From: an uncultured bacterium
GTDB lineage: Bacteria > Krumholzibacteriota > Krumholzibacteriia > LZORAL124-64-63
Direction of reading: 5' to 3'
Length of the DNA: 45,266 nt
NCBI GenBank assembly: GCA_965365795.1
Contig: CBDUDB010000002.1
Coordinates: 1 to 45,266, forward strand
The notes below the pieces were generated by a model that worked only from the letters and a program-made list of their open reading frames with translations, made no database searches and was not told the DNA's origin. Position numbers and translations under genes: made by a program. Position 1 is the first letter of the stretch; every line of letters begins with the position of its first letter. This document shows, in pieces, positions 26,802-35,962 of this stretch.

Positions 26802-26969
26802 GCGTGTCACAGGGACAAAGTGCTGATCAGGACAATCGCCCCGGCCAGCACCGCCGCGGTCAGACCCAGGCTCCGCCAATCGCTTCTTTTCATCCCCGAC
26901 CCTTCCTGCGGTTGTACAACCCGCCGGGCCGAGTACGGTCCGGCCCGGCGAATAGAATCCATCCGGCGA

Positions 26970-27764
26970 CTAACCGGTCTTGTTTGACTTGTATATGGCG
27001 AAGACGGCTCCCACCGGATCCTTGATCACGGAGAACCGGCCGACTTCGGGAATATCCGTCGGCGGAACCAGGGCCTCGCCACCCAGGGACTCCGACTTTG
27101 CCAGGGAAGCATCGACGTCCTCGACGGCGAAATATACCAGCCAGTGCGGTGGAATATTACCCATTTCCGGCTGAATGGCCATCATCCCGCCGGCTGCTTG
27201 CCCACCACTGCGGTTAAAGAGGGTGTACTCCCCCATATCGCCCATGTCCATTGACTGGGGTTCCCAACCGAAGAGTTTTCCGTAGAAGGACTTCGCCCCC
27301 TCGGCATCGGTGGTCATCAGTTCGTTCCAGCACATGGCGCCCGGATCGTCGCGGAGTTCGACACCGATGTTGGCCTGGGGCTGCCAGATGCAAAAGACCG
27401 CGCCCGCGGGATCGGCCAGCACCGACATCCGCCCGTAGTCCAGGACATCCATGGGTCCCATGACCACCTGGCCCTCCAGTTCCGCCACTTTGGCGGTGGT
27501 GGCCTCGACATCGTTCACTGTCACGTACTGGCCCCAGTTGGGGGGCACTTTCATGCCTTCCTGTTCCGGGGTCATCTTGTACTGGGCGGCCACGATCTTG
27601 CCGCCAATCTGGAATTGTGTGTATATGCCGAACTCGCCCATGTCCTGGTCGTTGCGGCCCCATCCGAACAGCTCGGTATAAAAATTTCCGGAAGCGGCCG
27701 GATCACTGCTCACCAGTTCGGTATAGCAGAAAGTCCCAGGTTCATGTTTTGTGAATTCGGGCAT
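26970..27764 (-). CDS. VOC (glyoxalase/bleomycin-resistance/dioxygenase) family protein, two tandem modules
   Basis: Repeated …YTELFGW… / …YGKLFGW… and …GRMSVLADPAGAVFCIWQ… / …GRFSVIKDPVGAVFAIY… modules. ATG 27764 follows GGGAAGGAAG. The listed 384-aa ORF is an artefactual N-terminal extension overlapping the next gene. Confidence 0.85.
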   Translation of the reverse strand: MPEFTKHEPGTFCYTELVSSDPAASGNFYTELFGWGRNDQDMGEFGIYTQFQIGGKIVAAQYKMTPEQEGMKVPPNWGQYVTVNDVEATTAKVAELEGQVVMGPMDVLDYGRMSVLADPAGAVFCIWQPQANIGVELRDDPGAMCWNELMTTDAEGAKSFYGKLFGWEPQSMDMGDMGEYTLFNRSGGQAAGGMMAIQPEMGNIPPHWLVYFAVEDVDASLAKSESLGGEALVPPTDIPEVGRFSVIKDPVGAVFAIYKSNKTG

Positions 27765-27813
27765 GATCTTCCTTCCCTCTGGGTATTGTGAAAAAATGTC
27801 GGGGCCCGAAAAT

Positions 27814-30621
27814 TTACTCAAAATCACCCGGGATCGCTTCCACCCGACCGAAGAACTCGCCCTCGCGTGCCTGAGAAGGAGTGTGGATGGCGAACAAGCG
27901 TGCCCGTTCGCGCGCCCGTTCCACCTGACCTGAGGCCAAACGCCACCACACCTCTTCGTGCCACAATCGAACCTGAATCTGACTCGGGCGCCATTGGCCG
28001 CCGGCTCCCTGCGGGTCCGGGTAAAAAGATGCCGCGGCCGCGAACTGGTCGGCGGCCTGGGCGTAACGTCCGGCCAGGGCCAGCAGCTGTCCGCAGGTGG
28101 CGAACTGCATGGGCTCGGACGCATGGGTATTTAATTGTTCCAACCAGCCACCTTCCCCATCGGCCAGAGTGGCCAGCGAGGATGCCAGCGAACGACCCGA
28201 CACCGGGTCGACCTCGGACAGTCGTGCCCTGATCGCATTTTCCAGACGGCCGGTTTCCGAATCACCACCGGACAAGATTCCTTCCAGGAGGGTCTGCACA
28301 TACTGGCGGTGAAGGAGCATCAAATCGGGACGTTGGCCACCCCGGCCGCGTCCGTTTCGCCAACGGTCTTCCACGGCCGCCATGATGTCTCTTTGCCTGT
28401 CCTGGAGACTGGATAAAGCCCCCTCGAAATCCACCAACCGTATTCTGTCGCCGGCGAGATCGACCAGCCGGCGGTCGGTGACCCGAAAATTTTCCAGCCG
28501 CCACCAGCAGTTGTGGTCACTTTGCCAGTCGGCCAATGCGCCCGGTGATCGAGCCTCCGGCAACACCCGGAAAACGCGGTAATGCTCGTTGTCGAAAACG
28601 GGCTGGAAACGGGAAAGTGTTTGGGGACGGAAGTGCATTCGGACCACGTTCATGTCCAGGGCCAGTTCACCCGTGGTCCCGGCCAGCCAGGACGTGGTAC
28701 CCGGCCCGGTCACCGTCGCGAAATTCCGGTTGATGAAGAGGTAATCGGCCCCGAACTTACGGGCGAATTCCCACAATTTCTTTTCTTCCGTGGCGAAAAG
28801 AGCCTCCAGGAATTGTTGGTAACGGACCCTTATCTCAGTGTTTTCAAACTGGGAATTCAATACGATGGGACGACCGGTATAGAGCAGCAACTGGGGGCTG
28901 ACCCCGATTTCTCCCAGAAACGCTGCTGGCGGCCCGCTTTGCCGGGAACCAGGTCCAGGGGTGTTGACCGTAACCCACGAGAACATACCGGCCCAGGATG
29001 TCCACAGGTTCTGGTCCGACGCCTTCATCCGCACTTCTTGTCCCTGACGAACCCGGCCGGTGACACGGATCATGTCGCCCAGGTTGCCCTTCAGGTTCAA
29101 GAGCGGACTGATCAGCAGGACACCCGCAACCAGCAGCAGCGCCTTGACGCCCAGCCGGCCGGACAGCCGCCGGACCAACCATTCGCCGGCCAAGGCAACG
29201 GCCACCGCGGCAAATATCAGAAAAACGATTCCCATGCGTTCGATCATCAGGTAAGCCGCCAGAAAGGCCGTCACCATCAAAAAGAATGACCGCCGCAAAG
29301 GACCTGTCCGCTGCTGGAAAATGGCTATCATGCCTCCGGCCAGGACCGGTACCAGAACCACTGCGTGAAATCCCAGCTTGGACCAGATTTCCCCCAGGGT
29401 CGGCGTGTTGAAGGGCGAAGCCCAGAACACCCTCGTCGCGAAGGGCAAAAGGCCGGGATCGGTCGGACGCTGGAAACCGTGAGCCAACTTCTGGACAAAG
29501 AGCCCAAATACATGTCCATAGTCGCCGGTGTAAACGCGGTTGAAAAAAACCAGCGCCGCTGCCGTGAGGGTCAGACCAACCAGCATCAGGGCTCGGGCCC
29601 AGGTCGTGCGGCCCAGCGGAGGTTTTTTCCAGACCACCACCGCGGTGAGCAACCAAGCGTAACAAACACCCATCGGCAGGCTGAATATAAAACCCCGGGA
29701 CCAAAGGGAGGGCGTCAATCCCGCGACCAGTCCGGCCAGGGTAGTGACCATGGGCATGAAAACCGGAAAGGGAATCCGCGCGGCGACGAGTTTTCCACTG
29801 GTGGCCGAGAGGGACACCGCGACCGCGACCGACAGCATGGTGACCAGGACCAGAAACTGGCTCAGGTGCCAGCAGGCCAGCAGGGGAATCAAAACCACCG
29901 CCGCCAGCACGCCGAGTTTGACACTCTGCCGACGCCAAGCCTGAAAATGGAGGGCCAGAAACACCGTGAGCAGCAAGAGGGCAAAATCCTCTTTCAGAAG
30001 CAGGGAGCCGGTCAGTCTGACAAAACCCAGCGTACAGGTCGCGTAGAATACCACCGCCACCACTGCCAGGACGCGGCGGCAGCCTACCCCCCGGGCCAGA
30101 ACGTAAAGGGGAAAAAACAGCAGGACATGGATCAGGGGAATCAACCGCAGAAGAAATTCGACCAAGGGACGGGCCTGGTCACCTGCCAGCCGGTAGAGAA
30201 AACCGTAAACCGGCTCCATCATAACGGCGTATTCACGCCAGGCGTTCACCCCATCGGGGTGCTGCTGCCAGGTGTCACGGGAAAGAATTTCCGGGTCCTG
30301 ATAGTCGTCCACGGCATACATCAGGGCCAGGCGATAGTGGAACGCCCGTTCGCTCCAGAAATAACCCATGTGGCCCAGCTGGCTCGGCGGCCTGGCCGGA
30401 GACCGTGTTTGGCCGAGCTCGGGGCCGGCCACCACGATCGGTACCAGGGGCGGATCGCCCAGCGTTTCGTATTGGCGGTAAAGGCTGGTGGCCACGGCGT
30501 TGATCATTTGCCAGGACCCGGCGGCCACCAACAGGACCACCGCCAGGGCCAGAACCTCGTGGTGAAGATTCGGGTGGTTGTGAAAAAAGAGCGGAATTTT
30601 TCCCTTGGGGGATCGTGACAT
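27814..30621 (-). CDS. Large polytopic membrane protein, putative GT-C-fold glycosyltransferase (ArnT/PMT/Dpy19-like) with soluble C-terminal domain and TPR-like tail
   Basis: A dozen or more hydrophobic helices across aa ~30-520, and an acidic first extracytoplasmic loop (…YAVDDYQDPE…). The C-terminal ~400 aa are soluble (…ADYLFINRN…EHYRVFRVL…), followed by helical-repeat-like sequence. The family assignment is tentative. ATG 30621 is preferred (GGAGAA, 7-nt spacing). Confidence 0.55.
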   Translation of the reverse strand: MSRSPKGKIPLFFHNHPNLHHEVLALAVVLLVAAGSWQMINAVATSLYRQYETLGDPPLVPIVVAGPELGQTRSPARPPSQLGHMGYFWSERAFHYRLALMYAVDDYQDPEILSRDTWQQHPDGVNAWREYAVMMEPVYGFLYRLAGDQARPLVEFLLRLIPLIHVLLFFPLYVLARGVGCRRVLAVVAVVFYATCTLGFVRLTGSLLLKEDFALLLLTVFLALHFQAWRRQSVKLGVLAAVVLIPLLACWHLSQFLVLVTMLSVAVAVSLSATSGKLVAARIPFPVFMPMVTTLAGLVAGLTPSLWSRGFIFSLPMGVCYAWLLTAVVVWKKPPLGRTTWARALMLVGLTLTAAALVFFNRVYTGDYGHVFGLFVQKLAHGFQRPTDPGLLPFATRVFWASPFNTPTLGEIWSKLGFHAVVLVPVLAGGMIAIFQQRTGPLRRSFFLMVTAFLAAYLMIERMGIVFLIFAAVAVALAGEWLVRRLSGRLGVKALLLVAGVLLISPLLNLKGNLGDMIRVTGRVRQGQEVRMKASDQNLWTSWAGMFSWVTVNTPGPGSRQSGPPAAFLGEIGVSPQLLLYTGRPIVLNSQFENTEIRVRYQQFLEALFATEEKKLWEFARKFGADYLFINRNFATVTGPGTTSWLAGTTGELALDMNVVRMHFRPQTLSRFQPVFDNEHYRVFRVLPEARSPGALADWQSDHNCWWRLENFRVTDRRLVDLAGDRIRLVDFEGALSSLQDRQRDIMAAVEDRWRNGRGRGGQRPDLMLLHRQYVQTLLEGILSGGDSETGRLENAIRARLSEVDPVSGRSLASSLATLADGEGGWLEQLNTHASEPMQFATCGQLLALAGRYAQAADQFAAAASFYPDPQGAGGQWRPSQIQVRLWHEEVWWRLASGQVERARERARLFAIHTPSQAREGEFFGRVEAIPGDFE

Positions 30622-30748
30622 GTAACATTTCTCCAGATGATCCGTCATTCCACCTGAGTCCGCTTGGTGATTTCATTCTAACATCGCCGTTCCGACGGGA
30701 ACATCCTCAATTTGTTTCCCGCAACCAGCTATTTCTGATCAGGAAGGA

Positions 30749-31663
30749 ATGTTCATGGCCCCGAAAACGCGGACTATTTCATTGGGTATATATCTGGTTC
30801 TGGCGGCCAATATCCTTTCTCCGGTCGAGGCGGCCGGCGGCGGCTTGGGGATTCCCACCGGCGAGGCCGGCCTGGGTTTCGGCAACCTCAAGAACTTCAC
30901 CGGCGTCCGGTTCAATCTGGTTGACAAGGACGTGCACCAGGTGGGCGGCCTGAATTTCACTTTCTGGGTTCCCAAGGAAAACCGTTTGGCGGTCTATCAA
31001 GGAGTTTCGGTGGGACTGGTGGGACACCAGGCAGGCATGACCCAGGGCATCGCCGTCGGGCTGGTCGGTATTGGCGGCGGAGACTTCCAGGGCGTGGCCG
31101 TCGGTGGCATCGGCGTCGGAGCCGATAACATCCAGGGAATGGCATTGGGCCTGGTCGGCGTCGGAGCCAACGACATCCAGGGCGTGGCCATCGGCGGCCT
31201 AGGTGTCGGAGCTAACGACATTCAGGGAATGGCCATGGGCCTGCTCGGTGTCGGCGGAAATGAGCTGACCGGCCTGGGTCTAGGGGGACTCGGAGTTGGC
31301 GGCGACGACATGTCCGGGGTTTTTATGGGTGGCCTCGGCGTGGGCGGAAATGACCTGAGCGGGATATTCCTGGGCGGCCTCGGCGTGGGCGGGGACGACC
31401 TGAGCGGAGTGTTTCTGGGTGGGGTGGGGATCGGCGGGGACCACATGTCCGGCGCCATGACGACCCTGGGTTACCTGAAGGGTCAATCGTTGACCGGCAT
31501 TGGTGTCGCAGGCTACAGCAACGTGAAGGAAACGACGGGCCTGAGTATAGGCATCTTCAATCGGGCCAAGGTTTTGAAGGGCATCCAGATCGGGGTGCTG
31601 AACCATGCGGGCAACAACCCGCGCGGCCTGCAATGGCTGCCTGGCATCAACGCCCACTTCTGA
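30749..31663 (+). CDS. Secreted Gly-rich repeat protein (tandem 15-residue repeats, C-terminal GlQIGvlN-type motifs)
   Basis: Signal peptide MFMAPKTRTISLGIYLVLAANILSPVEAA. At least 10 consecutive 15-aa units of the form G-x-x-x-G-G/L-L/V-G-V-G-G/A-D/N-D-h-S/Q. C-terminal GLSIGIFNRAKVLKGIQIGVLNHAGN…LPGINAHF. Confidence 0.7.
   Translation: MFMAPKTRTISLGIYLVLAANILSPVEAAGGGLGIPTGEAGLGFGNLKNFTGVRFNLVDKDVHQVGGLNFTFWVPKENRLAVYQGVSVGLVGHQAGMTQGIAVGLVGIGGGDFQGVAVGGIGVGADNIQGMALGLVGVGANDIQGVAIGGLGVGANDIQGMAMGLLGVGGNELTGLGLGGLGVGGDDMSGVFMGGLGVGGNDLSGIFLGGLGVGGDDLSGVFLGGVGIGGDHMSGAMTTLGYLKGQSLTGIGVAGYSNVKETTGLSIGIFNRAKVLKGIQIGVLNHAGNNPRGLQWLPGINAHF
31001..31450 (+). repeat. In-frame tandem 45-nt coding repeats (about 10 units)
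   Basis: Units GVSVGLVGHQAGMTQ / GIAVGLVGIGGGDFQ / GVAVGGIGVGADNIQ / GMALGLVGVGANDIQ / GVAIGGLGVGANDIQ / GMAMGLLGVGGNELT / GLGLGGLGVGGDDMS / GVFMGGLGVGGNDLS / GIFLGGLGVGGDDLS / GVFLGGVGIGGDHMS. Confidence 0.85.
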
Positions 31664-31798
31664 TTCTCGTCCCACAGCGCTCCCGGTCCCTTTTGCACCG
31701 AGGTATTGTTCGGGTTAAACCTTGACTGAAAACCAAATTATGACGAAATATTGGCGGGTAATTGGCATTGAACCCGAGGGTACCCCGGAGGATCGGAA

Positions 31799-33697
31799 TT
31801 GCTTGGTTTCCGCCCCGTCAAATGGCTCAAATCTCCCTTTGTCATCCTCACAGGAATCCTCCTTGTCCTGGTCGTGGTTTTCTGGTCGCATATGATCAAC
31901 TGGATGTTGCCGACGGACAGCCGCCCCGCGGACATCGGTTTTCCCGAACAAAGCATTTCACTCAACGATTTCGAAGCGGCCGCGGCCATACTGGAGTCCA
32001 CCGCCTCGGGCACGTCGGGGCAATTCCAACATATTGAACGATTCCGGGAAGCCGGCATCCTGGCCTACGAAGGTCCGCCCACTTGCCTGGGTTGCCACGA
32101 AGAAATCAAGCTAAAGAGCTTGATAGGGGGCGAGATGTCGGTGGACCTGATGGACAACGTCACCGACTCGGTTCACTATCGATTTTTCAGCAAGGACCAC
32201 CCCAACGTCTACGGCTTCAACGGCAAACTCGCCGACAATTTTCCCATGGGCAAGGTGAACCGCCCCTGCCCCAAACCCGGTTCGTTTGCCATGACCGCCT
32301 GGGCCGAACTGGTGGTGACCCAGGCTGGGGACACCCTTAGCGAAGGCTGCGGTCAGTGCCACATCGGAGGACAGTACCAGGCGCCCTTGGGCGAGATTTT
32401 GCCCCTGTACCGGACCCGCAGTTCCGAAAAAAACGCCATCGATTGTCTCATCTGTCACGCGGCCGTGTACGACATGAATCGCAAGCAGGTGGTCACCGAT
32501 CCCAACGGCCGCCACCGCTGGGACCAAGACCGCTCCCTGACTGCCGCCATGTCCGTGGTCACTCCCACGGCCGAGGCCTGCCTGCGCTGCCATCAACACA
32601 ATTTCGGCGGAGATATTTACATCGACCCGGCCGGTCCCGAATTCATGGCCAGCCAGCGGAATCCGGGTCGCCAGCGGCCCCGGGTCATGCATCCGGGATC
32701 CAAGCGGGGCACACCTTTTTCGCCCAGCTGGGACGTCCACGCCGCCGCTGGGCTTTCCTGTCTGGACTGCCATGCCACCCGCGGGCACTTCATCGCCAAA
32801 GGGACCCACACCACCACCATGATGGCCAACGACCTGCCTGAGGTGGAAGTCTCCTGCCTCGACTGCCACGATGAGCCCCATGACTCCGCTGACGAAATGG
32901 GTCAAGCTCTCAACGATCACCTGGACCGCGTGGCTTGCCAGACCTGTCACATCCCGTCCCTGCATCCGGACAACGTCACCCGCCGCGATTTCAGTGAGAC
33001 CGAATTCGAAGCCGAACCGGGCATCCACATCTATCATGACTCGGTCAAGGAAAACGAGCCCGGCCGGGGCATCGCCTACGTCTGGTGGAATGGGGACGCC
33101 ACGTTCCTGGGCAACCCCATCGGCGACAATCCCAACGGAGCCGGCCTGTATAATTTCTATGATGCGAAGGAGCGCTGGCCGGAGTTTGCGGACTTCGACT
33201 ACACCGGCTGGTTCGAGGAAGTCATGCGCCCCATTGCCAGGGCGGGCCGACCTTCAAAGATCCACCCCATGAAACGGTTCAACGGTCGCCAGCATATAGA
33301 CCTTCAGAACATCGGCCCCTTTGGGGGCATGTTCGTGCCCTACAACCTGCCCGCCTACTACCGGTTTGGCAGGCCCGACAACGCCGCCCGGGTTGAGATG
33401 GACAAGAGTATGATGGGCATGATGTACGGTTGGATGTTCAAGTTCTACATGCTGGACCGGTTCATGTCCTACATGGCGGTCGACGGCTGGAATACTCACT
33501 CCTTCGTGGACGTCAGGGCCGGCAAAAAGGTCGAACCACGCTGGCTGCCCACCGACGCCATGATGGAGATCAACCACGCCATCCGCCTCGACGGCGCCTT
33601 GACCTGTGATAACTGCCACGGTCCGGGCGGGGTCATGGATTGGCGGGCCCTTGGTTACACCCGCGAGGAAATCGATCGGCTCAGCGCTCCTCGCTGA
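31799..33697 (+). CDS. Membrane-anchored octahaem c-type cytochrome
   Basis: Eight CXXCH motifs: CLGCH aa96, CGQCH 184, CLICH 216, CLRCH 261, CLDCH 321, CLDCH 353, CQTCH 380, CDNCH 603. N-terminal hydrophobic anchor SPFVILTGILLVLVVVFW. TTG start with GGAGGA at a 6-nt spacing. Confidence 0.85.
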   Translation: MLGFRPVKWLKSPFVILTGILLVLVVVFWSHMINWMLPTDSRPADIGFPEQSISLNDFEAAAAILESTASGTSGQFQHIERFREAGILAYEGPPTCLGCHEEIKLKSLIGGEMSVDLMDNVTDSVHYRFFSKDHPNVYGFNGKLADNFPMGKVNRPCPKPGSFAMTAWAELVVTQAGDTLSEGCGQCHIGGQYQAPLGEILPLYRTRSSEKNAIDCLICHAAVYDMNRKQVVTDPNGRHRWDQDRSLTAAMSVVTPTAEACLRCHQHNFGGDIYIDPAGPEFMASQRNPGRQRPRVMHPGSKRGTPFSPSWDVHAAAGLSCLDCHATRGHFIAKGTHTTTMMANDLPEVEVSCLDCHDEPHDSADEMGQALNDHLDRVACQTCHIPSLHPDNVTRRDFSETEFEAEPGIHIYHDSVKENEPGRGIAYVWWNGDATFLGNPIGDNPNGAGLYNFYDAKERWPEFADFDYTGWFEEVMRPIARAGRPSKIHPMKRFNGRQHIDLQNIGPFGGMFVPYNLPAYYRFGRPDNAARVEMDKSMMGMMYGWMFKFYMLDRFMSYMAVDGWNTHSFVDVRAGKKVEPRWLPTDAMMEINHAIRLDGALTCDNCHGPGGVMDWRALGYTREEIDRLSAPR

Positions 33698-33839
33698 CTT
33701 TCCCGGCACGACAAACACCCTTCTTCCGCCCCAGGTGATTTTTTCGGGAATTTGGAGGCGAAATTTCGGAGTGATCGTAGTAATAATAGAAACCCTGGAT
33801 CAAGCCCCCCGGACAGCCCAAGCCAGCAGGGAGTAGAAA

Positions 33840-35951
33840 ATGACGACGAAGGTGATGCCCACACCTCAACTCGATACCGGAACTCCTGAAACCAAACGGG
33901 ACGAAATCCGCCGTTACTTCCAGACCACGTGGGACCTCTACGACAACCTGTTCGCGGTCATGGCCAATGACGAGGCCTACCTCACCCAGGCGGACCCCTT
34001 GCGGCATCCGTTGATTTTCTACCTCGGTCACACCGCCGTGTTCTTCATCAACAAGCTGAATCTGGCCAAGATCATTTCCAAACGGGTCAATCCCCGCCTC
34101 GAATCGATCTTCGCCATCGGGGTGGACGAGATGAGCTGGGACGACCTGGACGACCAGAACTACGACTGGCCGGCAGTCGCCGAGGTCTGGACCTTCCGCA
34201 ACCAGGTGCGGGCGGTGGTCGAAAAGGTGATCGAAGATCTGCCCCTGACCCTTCCGGTTACCTGGGACGATCCCTTCTGGGTCATTCTGATGGGAATCGA
34301 ACACGAGAGGATCCACCTGGAGACCAGTTCGGTTCTCATGCGGCAGCTGCCCTTGGAAATGGTGACACCCCACCCAAACTGGCCCCTCTGCACGGAAACC
34401 GGACCCGCACCCGCCAATGAACTTTTAGATGTGGCCGGCGGCAAGGTTGCCCTCGGCAAGCCGGCCAACCATGCTCTCTACGGTTGGGACAACGAGTACG
34501 GACACCTTGAAAGAGAAGTGAAATCTTTCCGGGCCTCCCGTTTTCTGGTTTCCAACGGAGAGTTCAAGGAATTCGTAGCCGCGGGAGGTTACCGGAACGA
34601 AAAGTGGTGGTCACCCGAGGGCTGGGCCTGGTGTAACTTCCGCTCGGCGGAACATCCCCTGTTCTGGGTTCCGGCCGGCGAAAATGATTTCCGCTTGCGC
34701 TGTTTCATCGAGGAAATCCCCATGCCCTGGAACTGGCCCGTCGAGGTGAACCAGCTCGAAGCCAAGGCCTTTTGCAACTGGAAAGCTGAAACCGACGGAC
34801 AGGACATCCGGTTGCCGACCGAAGAGGAATGGTACCGCCTGCTGGAGGTATCGGGCATCAAGGACCAGCCGGACTGGGATGCGCCTCCAGGCAACCTCAA
34901 CCTTGCCTTTCACGCCTCCAGCTGCCCGGTTGATCAACATGTAACCGCCGGGTTCGGCGACGTGGTCGGCAACGTCTGGCAATGGACCGAAACTCCGATC
35001 ACGGGCTTTCCCGGTTTCCGGGTTCACCCCCTGTACGACGATTTCTCCACCCCCACTTTCGATGGCCGTCACAACTTGATCAAAGGGGGCTCGTGGATCT
35101 CTACCGGGAACGAGGCCACCCATGACGCCAGGTACGCCTTCCGCCGACATTTTTACCAGCACGCGGGATTCCGGTACATCGAATCCGACCAACAGGTCGA
35201 GATCCGGGAGGACATCTATGAATCCGACGCCCTGGTCTCCCAGTACTGCGAGTTCCATTTCGGCCGGGATTATTTCGGCGTACCCAACTTCATGGTCACC
35301 GCGGCGGAGATCTGCCGGGAATTGACGGCGGGAAAATCCATCCGGCGGGCCCTGGACCTGGGCTGCGCCACCGGCCGGGCCACCTTCGAACTGGCTCGGT
35401 TCTGCGACCACGTCACCGGCATTGATTTTTCGGCGCGGTTCATCCGGGTCGGCCACGACATGCAACAAAAAGGCTTCACCCGTTACGCCATCGCCAAAGA
35501 AGGGGAACTGGTTTCCTACCATGAGCGGACCCTGGCCGATCTCGGCCTGGATGAAGTGCGGGACAAGGTGGAGTTCTGGCAGGGCGACGCCCACAACCTG
35601 AAGGCCCAGTTCACCGATTACGATCTGGTGCTGGCCTGTAACCTGATCGACCGCTTGTACGAACCGGCCCGTTTCCTGGATCACATCACCGACCGAATCA
35701 ATTCCGGAGGTCTGCTGGTTCTTCTGTCGCCCTACACCTGGCTGGAAGAATTCACTCCCAAGGACAAGTGGCTGGGCGGTTTGAAGGTTGACGGGGAAAA
35801 CGTGACTACTCTCGAGGGCTTGCGGTCCAAGCTGGAGCCCCGCTATCGGATGATCGGTGAACCTCGGGACGTGGAATTCGTGATCAGGGAAACAGCGCGG
35901 AAATTTCAGCACACCGCCAGTCAGATGACGGTATGGGAGAAGATTCGGTAG
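33840..35951 (+). CDS. ovoA: 5-histidylcysteine sulfoxide synthase / mercaptohistidine methyltransferase (ovothiol biosynthesis)
   Basis: Three-domain layout. DinB-like N-terminus with iron ligands (LGHTAVFF; IEHERIHLE = HxxxHxE). FGE-sulfatase-like middle (…GNVWQWTE…GGSWIS…). C-terminal SAM methyltransferase (ALDLGCATGRATFELA). 703 aa, matching OvoA size. Confidence 0.87.
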   Translation: MTTKVMPTPQLDTGTPETKRDEIRRYFQTTWDLYDNLFAVMANDEAYLTQADPLRHPLIFYLGHTAVFFINKLNLAKIISKRVNPRLESIFAIGVDEMSWDDLDDQNYDWPAVAEVWTFRNQVRAVVEKVIEDLPLTLPVTWDDPFWVILMGIEHERIHLETSSVLMRQLPLEMVTPHPNWPLCTETGPAPANELLDVAGGKVALGKPANHALYGWDNEYGHLEREVKSFRASRFLVSNGEFKEFVAAGGYRNEKWWSPEGWAWCNFRSAEHPLFWVPAGENDFRLRCFIEEIPMPWNWPVEVNQLEAKAFCNWKAETDGQDIRLPTEEEWYRLLEVSGIKDQPDWDAPPGNLNLAFHASSCPVDQHVTAGFGDVVGNVWQWTETPITGFPGFRVHPLYDDFSTPTFDGRHNLIKGGSWISTGNEATHDARYAFRRHFYQHAGFRYIESDQQVEIREDIYESDALVSQYCEFHFGRDYFGVPNFMVTAAEICRELTAGKSIRRALDLGCATGRATFELARFCDHVTGIDFSARFIRVGHDMQQKGFTRYAIAKEGELVSYHERTLADLGLDEVRDKVEFWQGDAHNLKAQFTDYDLVLACNLIDRLYEPARFLDHITDRINSGGLLVLLSPYTWLEEFTPKDKWLGGLKVDGENVTTLEGLRSKLEPRYRMIGEPRDVEFVIRETARKFQHTASQMTVWEKIR

Positions 35952-35962
35952 TTGCCTCGGTC

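Noticed and set aside
27765-28124. N-terminal 120-aa extension of the VOC ORF overlapping the 3' end of the GT-C-like gene
   Set aside because: The extension is Arg/Pro-rich and overlaps a better-supported gene. A strong RBS precedes the internal ATG at 27764, where the VOC fold begins.
29365-30618. 417-aa plus-strand ORF (and 28844-29938 minus, other frame) inside the GT-C-like gene
   Set aside because: Highly charged, Gln/Gly/Arg-rich and non-protein-like. The minus-strand frame chosen gives regular TM helices along its whole length.
31001-31450. Regular short repeats that might be mistaken for a CRISPR array or RTX calcium-binding nonapeptides
   Set aside because: The repeats are contiguous, in-frame 45-nt coding units with no unique spacers, inside a gene with a signal peptide. 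The period is 15, not 9 residues, and the GGxGxD consensus is not matched.
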